NCBI RefSeq assembly: GCF_001194135.2
Contig: NC_068988.1
Span: 92,384,191 to 92,448,190 of the forward strand
DNA from: Octopus bimaculoides
Lineage: Eukaryota
Direction: 5' to 3'
DNA: 64,000 nucleotides
The notes beneath the pieces were generated by a model, which saw only the letters and a program-made list of their open reading frames with translations, had not been told where the DNA came from and did not search any database. A program made the position numbers and the translations under genes. This document shows, in pieces, positions 12,616-24,100 of this stretch. Position 1 is the stretch's first letter, and each line of letters starts with the position of its first letter.

Positions 12616-13600
12616 GTCAAACGGAACTGGCAACAGCCACAACTACGATTATATACTTATATATGACGGGTTTCTTTCAGTTTCTGTCTACCAAATCCTC
12701 TCACAAGGCTTTGGTAAGCCCGAGGCTATAGTAGAAGACACTTGCTCAAGGTGCCATGCAGTGGGACGGAACCCTGAACCATGTGACTGGGGAACAAGCT
12801 TCTTACCACATATAATCTTTTACTTGTTTCAGCCATAAAACTGTGGCCATGCTGGGGTGCACACACTACAGTATACAAGCTTTATTTCCTACACTGGGGT
12901 CATACACACGCATACATGATGTACATACATACAATACAAGAAGGAACCTTCAAATGGTCGGTTGACCTCCTAGAAGTAGTTGTTAAAGCTCCCAAAGACC
13001 GCACCCTTCCGCCCGAGAGAAGGATTCATTGAATTAAACAGAATCTGGCGCATTGTGCCCAGGAAAACTACAGGGTGGTCACGACTTGAACGCGTTTGGT
13101 TTGCTCGATATAAACTGATTGGGGGTTTAAAAATATAAGTAACACCGTACACTACACCCATTTATGCACACACACATATATACAGTACGTGATACACACA
13201 TACATGAAACCATACGTACACTGTATACACGCAACATTCATACATATATATATATATATATATATACACAATACACACACATACAGTACATCCTCCACCA
13301 TCACTATCCACGACAATAGCACCCTCAGTGTGACACAGTTGTAAGATGTGACCTCTTTACTGCTGAGTGACAGGACAGTTTACTGTGTCTACTGACGTAC
13401 TACTACTGCTGCTGCATCTGCTGCTGCGCCGCCGCGATAATGATGCTGACGTATTTCTACTGCTACTGGTGTTACTGCTCCTACTACATATGACATACGC
13501 ACAATATTGTAATACACCACACACACACACACATACATACATACACGCATTGTAAAGAACAGACAAGCTTTTGGATATATGTATACTTGTTAGTGTGTGT

Positions 13601-13654
<54 letters not shown>

Positions 13655-13965
13655 NNNNNNNNNNNNNNNNNNNNNNNNNNNNNNNNNNNNNNNNNNNNNN
13701 NNNNNNNNNNNNNNNNNNNNNNNNNNNNNNNNNNNNNNNNNNNNNNNNNNNNNNNNNNNNNNNNNNNNNNNNNNNNNNNNNNNNNNNNNNNNNNNNNNNN
13801 NNNNNNNNNNNNNNNNNNNNNNNNNNNNNNNNNNNNNNNNNNNNNNNNNNNNNNNNNNNNNNNNNNNNNNNNNNNNNNNNNNNNNNNNNNNNNNNNNNNN
13901 NNNNNNNNNNNNNNNNNNNNNNNNNNNNNNNNNNNNNNNNNNNNNNNNNNNNNNNNNNNNNNNNN
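13655..13965. other. Assembly gap (others at ~30808-30983, 32351-32619, 51737-51793, 58645-58953, plus several ~10-N gaps)
   Basis: Runs of N. Confidence 0.99.
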
Positions 13966-14230
13966 NGTGAGTGTAGTAGAGGAGCGGGTTGAGGTATTGA
14001 GTGTAGTGGGAGGGAGTGAGAGAAGCCGTAACTTTTTCTCGGTGGTAGCGGTGGTGGTGAAGAAAGCCGTAAGTGTATTTGGGGGATGTGAGGGAGGCCG
14101 TAAGTGTAGCGGGGGAGTGAAGGAGGCTGTGAGAGTGGTGGAGGGTAGTGAAGGAGGCTGTGAGAGTGGTGGAGGGTAGTGAAGGAAGCCGTAAGTGTAG
14201 TGGTGGGTCGGGGGTGCCGTGAGTGGAATC
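13966..14230 (+). repeat. G/A-rich ~29-bp minisatellite next to an assembly gap
   Basis: Units of GTGAAGGAGGCTGTGAGAGTGGTGGAGGGTA. Confidence 0.75.
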
Positions 14231-14601
14231 GAGAAGAGGAGTAAGTTGATGATAAAGAGTAAAACAAATAAAATCTGCCTGGTATGTTTTAGAGATTAGG
14301 GGAGGAGAAAAAGGGAAGTGGTGGGAGGAAGAGGAGTGAGTGAGAGAAGAATACTGACTGAAGTAGGGAGGAAAATTATAGCTTATTGATCGAAAGAAAA
14401 GTCCAAGAGAGTGGCGAAGGGGAGAAATGGAGGAAAACAAAAGAAGGTAGTTATGGGAGTAAGAGTAGGAGGTGAGTGAAGGAGCGGGTCTAGTGAAAAA
14501 TGGAGGGGAAGGCGTAGAGAAAGAAATAGTAAAGGAGAGTGATATATAAGATAAATGTGTGTGTGTGTATACATACATGTATGAGAGAGTGTATATATAT
14601 G

Positions 14602-14634
<33 letters not shown>

Positions 14635-15447
14635 TAGAAGTAAAGTGTTTATTTGTCCGTCAGTGCTGTTGTCTAATAGTAATTTGAAACTGAATATTTG
14701 CAAGTCTCATGACAGAAAACTATTGAGATGTTTGTTGGGTGGTCAGCCTCCTCCTCCTCCTTCTCACAGCATGTCAGTCGTGCCTCTGTCCCTCTCTCCA
14801 TCTTTCTACTCTAGCAACCCAAGTAAAGTCTGAACTTTTAAACCCCCTCCCTCCTTCTCCTCCTCCTCCTTCTCCTCCTCCTTCTCCTCCTCCTCCTCCT
14901 AACCCATGTGAGAAAACTTTGTTTTTCTATTTGATCTATTTCCCTGTTAACCCTCTCCCGCTTATCTGAAATATTTCCTCTCCTCTCCAAAATACCAAAG
15001 TCAGGCCAAAACTGATGTATTTCCTCTCTCACACTTCCGTGGTATGCTCGTTATGTTGTAGACTACCACTCACCGCCACTACCACCACTGCCGTAATGCC
15101 GAATACCTTAGGGAGGTTGTTCACTGATAATCAACGTTGTCATTGATTATCACATTAAAAGTGTAAGGCACTCAAATGTGCTGGTTTGTATATAAACCGT
15201 GTAAATACTCATATACGAATGTACCCCCAGGTATGTGTGTGTGTAATTTTTTTGCGCCTGGCCGCATCTTGAAGGATTTTGGTCAGTCATATCAACACCC
15301 CAGTAATTATTTTTAAGTTTGGTACTTATCATTCCCTGCTTGTCGAACTTCTACTTTACGGGACATAGAATGTTTTTTCTAAGTGATATCGTCGTGGAGA
15401 TACATATACAAGCATACATCTCTCTTCCTTTCTCTCTCTCTCTCGCT

Positions 15448-15480
<33 letters not shown>

Positions 15481-16143
15481 CACGCGCGCACACACATACG
15501 AATTGTTTCTACATAACCTACTAAATTTTACTCAAGGCACTGTGAGTGCAGATACTTATCTAAAATACCTTTATTTGTAGCACTGAATTGGAACCATGTG
15601 GTGATAAGTTACCTTTTTAATCATATTGCCATATCTGTGCCAGTGTGTGTATGTTTGCATGTGTGTGAGTACTTTGTAGTAATTTTTTCTAAATGTATAT
15701 ATGTGCATCTATACTAGTGGTCTCTAAAGTATGTAGAAGATACAGATATAATCCATTATAGTTTTATATTTATTTCATATCACAGTTGATGAACATTATA
15801 ATATCAGATACAAGTTTACCAACCAGTGTCATGGCATATCTGACGTTAAAAGAACTTAAATTGGTTTTGTCTGATTTGCATAACAGTGCAAGCTTTGATA
15901 AACATCAATAGGAGCACTGTACAGAGTAGAACATACAGAAAACAAAACTGTGGGATTGAATTTGAAATCGTGATTGTAAAGTAAACTTCTTATGGTAGGA
16001 AACTTGCTTCTCAACCACATGATTCCAGGTTCAGTTCCACTGCATGGCAACTCGGGCAAGTGTCTTCTACTATAGTCTCAAGCCAACCAAAGCCTTTTAC
16101 AGGTGGATTCAGTAGACGGAAACTGAAAGAAGCCTGTTGTATA

Positions 16144-17418
16144 TAGGGGTTGGACAAAATAATGGAAACACCTTAAAATTTTAAACAAATTTATTTTAAT
16201 ATGGGGTAAGTCCACCTGTGGCAGCAATTACAGCTTGAATTCTACAAGGTATGGACTCATACAAAGTTTGAATTGTTTCCAAAGGAATTTTTGTCCATTC
16301 TTCAGCTAAAACAGTCTCCAGTTCTTGTAGTGATGATGGTAAAGGATATCGACTCCTTACTTGTTTTCCTAGCATGCAACAAAAATGTTCCATAATATTG
16401 AGACCTGGGGACTGTGGTGGCCAGATAATAAGATGTTCAACTTCACTAGAATGTTCCTTGTGCCATTCAGTAACAACTTTAGCTGTGTGAATTGGTGCAT
16501 TATCATCCTGAAAGATTGTGTTTCTCTCCAGAAACAGTTCTGCAATCATAGCATGAACTTGATCAGATAAAATGCTTAAATAGCCTTGACTATTAATTCT
16601 GCCATGAAGGGAAACCATTGGGCCGGTGGATTTCCAAGATATAGCCCCCCCCCCCCGATCATCACAGATCCTCCTCCATGTTGAACAGTTGGAAGAAAGC
16701 AGTCTGGATCAAATGCTTCTTTTGGCTGTCTCCACATGTATACTCGGCCAGTGGTCGGAAATAAGGTAAAAGATGACTCGTCCAAGAAAATAACATTCTT
16801 CCACTGCTCTAGGGACCAATTCTGTAGGATTTTACTCCACTCTAAACGCTTTGCAATGTTTGTTTTTGAAAGTAGTAGTTTTCTGATTGCAGCCCTCCCA
16901 TGAAATCTGGCTTTGTGCACCTCCCAGCAAACAGTTTTTGTAGAAACTGGGTTCTTGAGGTGGTCATTAAGCTCTGCAGTAATTTTGGTAGCTGTACCTT
17001 TGTGATCCATTCTAACAATTTGCGTAAGAGTTTGACGGTCCCTGTCTGAAAGTTTTGGTTTTTCTTTGGGAGTTTTGTTTCAACGAGGAGATTTTTCCCA
17101 CTTTCTCAAAGGCTGTCATTGCTTTCAAGACTGTACTTCTTGATACACCAAACATTTTGGCTGTTTTCGTTACACTCGCAGCTGCCATATAAGCACCAAC
17201 AATTTGACCTCTTTGAAAGTTCTATAGATCTGTCATTTAATGAACTTCAGTTACCTTTTTCTGATGATATCAGAAAAGAAACAGCGATTTTAGCAAAGCA
17301 TATTAAGTAACACTTATAATAAATATTAAAAAAATTTAAAATAAACAAGCTTTTGACGATTTTATAGATATTTCAAAATGATGATGTTAGGTGTTTCCAT
17401 TATTTTGTCCAACCCCTG
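16144..17418 (-). mobile_element. Full-length Tc1-family transposon with degraded transposase (ATG ~17236 to stop 16196)
   Basis: TIRs (T/C)AGGGGTTGGACAAAATAATGGAAACACC at both ends, with TA on the left and a mutated TA on the right. Motifs VIFLDESSF, FQDDNAPIH and PQSPGLNIME in ORFs 16576-17010 and 16196-16618. Confidence 0.95.
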
Positions 17419-17596
17419 GATATATATCATTTTTAGAAAAACATTAATCCGGAGAAGAAGCACACTCTAAAAAGTAGAATAGTCTATTTTTTTCCTGGTG
17501 AAGGTCAGTTTATGGGTTTAGCCTGGGTTTCCTGTCCACAAAGTTAAACTCTTTATGGAGAGGAAACCCAGGGTAACCCCATAAACCAGCCCTCAA

Positions 17597-17631
<35 letters not shown>

Positions 17632-18279
17632 GAGTGTGTGTCTGTGTTTGTACCCCCATCACTGTTTGACAACCGGTGTTGGTATGTTTACATCCCTGTA
17701 ACTTAGTGGTTCCCTAAAAGAGACCAATAGGCTTAAGAAATAAGTCCTGGAGTCGATTTGTTCAATTAAACCCTTCACTGCAGTGCTCCAGCATGGCCAC
17801 AGTCAAATGACTGAAACAAGTAGAAGAACAAAAGAAAGCATTCATGCTTGCATGCTAGATTGTTACCTTCCAGAGAATATAGTCAAAGATAAGCATATTA
17901 CAATTTACAACTTAGGCTAAAGATCTCAAATTTGTCTGAAGGTGTGTGTAATAAGTCCATTGATTTGACCTCAGTACATGTCTGGTATCTATTGATCCCA
18001 GAGGAAATACAGGTAAAGTCAAAGAGGTAAGGAGCTAAATACTGCAAGAAACTCAGTGTGATGTACTTATGTTTCTGGTGACATTGACTTTGTGAAAATT
18101 ATTAGAAACAAATTACAGGCAGAGCTGTGTTGTTACGAAAGTTGATTCCCAGCTACATGGTTTTGGGTTCATCCCCCACTGTGTGGCATCTTAGGTAAAT
18201 ACCTTCTACTATAGCCCTGGCCCAACAAAAGTATTGTGAGTGAATTTGTAAATGGAAACTGAGAGAAGTCTGTCATATT

Positions 18280-18610
18280 CAGTAATACCTCACTTTATGA
18301 GGACCCACTTTATGAGACCCCTAGTTTATGAGTTTTATTTTTCAAGCACAAGATCTGAATTTTGAACGAGGTGTAAAAGTTTCTACTACCATAACAAATG
18401 CTTCTGCATGTTACCGAGAAATTTATTGAGAGCGAGAAAAGATTTCTTCTAAGCAGACAACTCTAGACTTGCTTTTTCAAAAGAAATCTACAGGTCAGTC
18501 TACAAGTGCTTGTGAATTGGTGATCACGTCTACAAGTGACGGTGTGCATGAGTCTAGTGTGAGTGAAAGTGATTCAGAAAACGATTATAATAATATTTTT
18601 TATTATAAAT
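18280..18610 (+). mobile_element. pogo/Tigger-like internally deleted element (5' TIR joined to the transposase C-terminal region)
   Basis: Starts CAGTAATACCTCACTTTATGAG. The body encodes a degenerate DPNFER..KV...NA..CYREIY...KQTTLDxFFQK tail. Homologous to 37034-37525. Confidence 0.65.
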
Positions 18611-19704
18611 TATCTCAATATTCTTTTTATTTTACACACATGCACATACATACATACATACATACATAGATATGCAGACACACACACATGCATACATTTA
18701 TTAATGCTATGTTTATAGTTATTGCTTAAAAGCTTTATGTTGACCAAGTGTTCTTCAGATGTCATCTTCCTTATAAGCATTTACTGTTTTATGAAGAGAG
18801 ATATTCTGTATAAAAATTTAACACACATCTCCATAAACACACACACACATACATTTATATGAATGTATGTGTTTGTGTGTATGATATGCAATGTATGTAT
18901 TATCTATACTTATTGCTTTTATTGATTTAAATTTTTTTAGCTCTACTAAGGTCACACTTCACCCAACACATACTACCTTAAACTTTTCAAAATACTCAAT
19001 GTTAAAGCTAACTACTTTTGCCTGGACAACATCAGTTTTTATATTTCTCACTGTAATTATTCCATGCCTGCTCCAACCAGCAACTGTCGAAACATTAACT
19101 ATTTCACTTGTGTAGGTCAGTGAACAATAAAAATTCCTCCTCTCTGTCCTAATTTATCTGGAACCTGAAGCTAAAAGTCTGAGCATTCTTCAATAGAATG
19201 GAATATTGTTGGGCTTTACACAACTCTGAAGTTCCAGATCCTGAAGAAGTCAGCTTTATCCCTCAACATGAGGTCGGAAATATTCTCTAAATGTTGTCAT
19301 TGGCATAGTTTTCTTGTAGACAGTTTGAAGGCACCTGAATTCTTCATGTCAAATGAAAAAAAATTCATAGTTTTGAACTCTCTAAGGTAGAAAGAGTAGC
19401 CTCCACCCCTCATCTTGGACTGAAATGAACAAAACAGAGAGAGAGAGAGACAGAGACAGACAGACAGACAGAAAGACAGATATTTGATGTCCTTAAGTCA
19501 GGAAAAGCAAGTCATACTTAGAAAGAGAAATCAAGTGTTATACTTTTGTATTTTTGAGTAGTATATTCTTGGTTATGTCATGTAATCAGTCAGAATGTCA
19601 ATAGACAGTTTTGTGCCGAGTATTGCCAAGTACACAAAACCATTAGTCTCATTCTGAAAGATTACATGCTATAACCAGCAAAACACTGTTCAGCAATATA
19701 TATA

Positions 19705-19843
<139 letters not shown>

Positions 19844-19844
19844 G

Positions 19845-20010
19845 TGGTATTGTGCATCAAAAATTCGTCTCTCAGGGCAAGACTCTCAATTAAGAGTTCT
19901 ACTGTGACATTGTGAAGCATTTGAGGGAGGACATTCGGTGAAAGCAACTGGATCTGTAGAGCATTGAGAATTGGATTCTTCATGACAATGCCCCCTGTCA
20001 CCGACCTCTC
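19845..20010 (+). mobile_element. Internal fragment of a second mariner transposase family
   Basis: Translates (with stops) [30 protein letters not shown]...[12 protein letters not shown]. It is cut at its 3' side by an RTE tail. Confidence 0.8.
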
Positions 20011-20013
20011 TTC

Positions 20014-20742
20014 ACCTGTGGAAGAGGTAGACCCAAGAAGACCTGGGATGAGGTGGGGAAGCGCGACCTTCAAACATTAGGCTTCACCGAGGCAATGACT
20101 AGTGACTGAGACCTTTGGAAATATGCTGTGCGTGAGAAGACCCAGCAAGCCAAGTGAGACCATAATCCAAGGCCTCTGCCAGGAGTGTAGCCAGCCCACT
20201 TATGTGTACTTTTCCTTCGTTGGACACTAAACTCCACTTGCGAAGACCTGTTGAGGCAAGTGAAAGCGAAATCGTGATGGCACCTGTACCAATGGAGTGC
20301 TAAGAGTACCATCCGAGCATGATCGTTGCCAGAGCAGCTGTCTGGCTTCCGTGCCAGTGGCACATAAATAGCACCATTTGAGCATGATTGTTACCAGTGT
20401 CACCTTACTGGCACTTGTGCCGGTGGCACATGAAAAGACATTTGAGCGAGGTAGTTGCCAGTGCCGCTGGACTGGCTCCTGTGCAGGTGGCATGTAAAAT
20501 ACACCATTTTGAGTGTGGCCGTTGCCAGTACCACCTGACTGGCCTTCGTGCGGGTGACACGTAAAAACATCCACTACTCTCTCTGAATGGTTGGCATTAG
20601 GAAGGGCATCCAGCTGTAGAAACTCTGCCAAATCAGACTGGAGCCTGGTGCAGCCATCTGGTTCACCAGTCCTCAGTCAAATCGTCCAACCCATGCTAGC
20701 ATGAAAGGCAGACGTTAAACGATGATGATGATGATGATGATA
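20014..20742 (+). mobile_element. 5'-truncated RTE copy (ORF end plus 3' UTR with hairpin array)
   Basis: Same GRGRPKKTW end and the same 3' tail as 54175-55915. Confidence 0.88.
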
Positions 20743-21008
20743 TATATATATATGTGTGTGTGTGTGTGTATATGTATGTATGTATGTATACCTCTATGTG
20801 TGTGTGTCTTTATTTGTCCCCACCTATCACTGCTTGACAACCAGTGTTGGTGTGTTTATGTCCCCATGACTTAGCAGTTTGGCAAAAGAGACTGATAGGA
20901 TAAGTACCAGGATTAAGGAATAAGTCCTGGGGTTGACTAAAAGACTTTTCAAGGCAGTGCTACAGTATGGTCACAGTCAAATAACTAAAGCAAGTAAAAG
21001 AATAAAGA

Positions 21009-21106
<98 letters not shown>

Positions 21107-24100
21107 CTCTAAGACATAGGTCACATAAGGTAGCTGCTGCCTTTATTTTTACTCTGCTTCACATGCTGTAGTAGTTGACATTTCCAGCCGAACTCCACCC
21201 TGACCCTTCACTCAGTCGAGTGGTTACATTGTTTCAATGTCAAAGTGAATTCTACTTCCCTCTGTTTGCCATCAGACATAGCAGTATGTAACCTAAATTT
21301 GTCTCTACTTAACCAGTTTTAACTAACTTTCTCCAGTTGCCTCTATAACTTTTGTCTACATTCCACATCTCAAAATACCAGCCTGTCACACCCTCCTTCC
21401 ACTAAATCTCTTACTAATTCTTCATGGAACTTGTTGCTATATTTTTTAGACATTATCAATGTTGAGAAGGAGGAAGCTAGATGTGTCTAGTCAATGTAAC
21501 TGTATACCACACACCCAACACTACAGCTCTATGTCACAGTTTTTGACTCCATCAGCAATGACTAGAGCCCAGAAATATCCTATATTCTAGATATCTCTAT
21601 TGGTCATTTGATGATGAAGATGATAGCGATGTTAGTGATTAACTATGAGGTGATGATGATCGGTTATGGTGATGGTGATCATGGTGGTGACTATATCGAT
21701 ATAAATTGGTAACAGTTGTGATTTGAATCATTGTACTATCTTCCTGTCTCCAAAATTATGATATTAAACCACCTTTTTATGTCCAGTAATTCTAGTGATA
21801 CCCTACCCAACAGTAGATATGTCATATTCTTTGGCCTTGGGCTAAATAGCAATAATATACCATTCTGAATATAGCTTCTGAAGAACCTTCTTTGTGGTTG
21901 CTTGTACTGCTAGAAATAATAGACAAATCCTGCTCAAATCACATCTTATAGTCTCTATAATAAAAACTGCTGGATTAGAACTTGCCTGGAACTAAATAAT
22001 AACAACAGTAGCAATTCTTTCTTTATTTCGTATTTTTTTTACTTAGTGCTACATGTATTATATATAACACAAAAAGTGCATGGTTTAGTGGTTAGGATAT
22101 TTGACTCACAATTGTTAGGTTGTGAGTTCAATTCCCAGTGACGCATTTCAAAAGGCCAGCCTTGTCACATTCTGTGTCATACTGAAACTCCTTGCAAACT
22201 ATGTTAAGAGTATACATGTCTGTGGAGTACTCAGCCACATGCATGTTAATTTCAGATCAAATCAAATGGAACCCTCGTCATCGTAACTGACAAAGTGCTA
22301 GTAGCTACTTGTATCTTATGTAATACATAGTGTTCTGTGTACTATATATATATATATTTCTTTATTGCCCACAGGGGGTTAAACACAGAGAGGACAAACA
22401 AGGACAGAGAAAGGGATTAAGTCGATTACATTGACCCCAGTGCATAACTGGTACTTATTTAATCAATCCCAAAAGGATGAAAGGCAAAGTCGACTTAATA
22501 GAATGTAACGGCACACAAAATACTGCTACACATTTTGCCCAGTGTGCTAAACGGTTCTGCCAGCTTGCCTCCCTGTGTATATATATATATATATCATCAT
22601 CATCATCATCATCACCATCGTCATCATCATTTCCATTCTGTCTGCTTTCCATGCTGGCATGGGTTGGACAGTTTGACCGGAACTGGTAATCTGGAGAGCT
22701 GCACTAGGTTCCAATCTGATTTGGCATGTTTCTACAGCTGGATGCCTTTCCTAATGCCAGCCACTCCAAGAGTGTAATGGGTGTTTTTTACGTGCCACTG
22801 GCACAGGTGCCAGTTACCTGACATCGACATCAGCCACAACTAAGCTTTTACTTGGCTTGACGAGTCTTCTCAAGCACAGCATATTACCAAAGGTCTCAGT
22901 CACTTGTCATCAATTTTAGGTTATGACTGAAAGAGTGCAATTGCAAATACAAGTGGTCAAAATGAGATTCCTGAGAAGTATCTCTGGAGTAATTCTACTC
23001 GACAGGGTTCATAGCTTAGATATCAGAGAGTCTCTCCAGGTTGAGCCATTACTTCTCTGGTCACAGTTCTGGTACTTATGGATATCATCATCATCATCAT
23101 CATCATTTAGCATCCATTTTCCATGCTAGCAAGGGTAAGACAGTTAGACTGAGGCTGTAAATTGGAGTGCTGCACTGGGCTCTGGTCTGTTTTGACTTGG
23201 TTTCTGTGGTTGGATCCTAATGCCAGAATCACAAGGCAGATTCTTCAAGCCAGGTCAACTGGCAGGAGACCTAAGAGTAGACCAAGAAGGAAATGAAATG
23301 GTTGGATAATATCTATAATCTCAGGTGTTCAAGTTTAGGGAATTCAGCTGGAAAGTGTAATGACTCTTATGACTTTATGGAGTAGATACTTGAGGACTCT
23401 ACCCTCACAAACCTCCCAGGAATAGCAAGTGGAGAAAATGGATGAATATATGTTACATGTATCTTGTACAGATACATAAAGAATAAAGCTCCCTCTTGAG
23501 TCATATTGACTCATAGGGCAGCTCATAGATTCTCTGGTGTATATACTCTCCCCTGGATGGGACACCAGTCTGTTGCAGGAATGCTCACTTTTGCCAACTG
23601 GGGTAACATGAAATGAAGTGTTTTGCTCAAGAACATAATGCACTGCTTGGTGCAGTAATCTTGCAATCATGAGCACAGCCCTCTAACCACTAAACCATGT
23701 GCTTCCACATACATAGAGTTCCATATATATCAATATTATGATATAACAATATATATATATTTGTGTGTATGCATTTGTGTTTGTCCCCCACCATTGATTG
23801 ACAACTGATGTTGATGCATTTACGTCCCCGTAACTTAACAGTTTGGCAAAAGGGATCGATAGAATAAGAACTAAGCTTACAAAGAATAAGTCCTGGAGTT
23901 GATTTTCTCAATTAAAACCTTTCAAGGTGGTGCTCTAGCATGGTGACAGTCAAATGACTGAAACAAGTAAAAGAATATAATGCATTATGCTACATGCAAT
24001 TGTAATAAGAAAGTGCTCCATGTACAGTATGTATCACATTAAGCCATATGCCTCATGAATAGAACAGTGTTGTATATATCTTCTATAATGTATAGTGCTG

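Noticed and set aside
13484-14578. Long ORFs of 100-364 aa from the ORF track (also 19690-20073, 30641-31614, 33970-34346, 58436-59008)
   Set aside because: They are translations of dinucleotide microsatellites, low-complexity DNA and N gaps.
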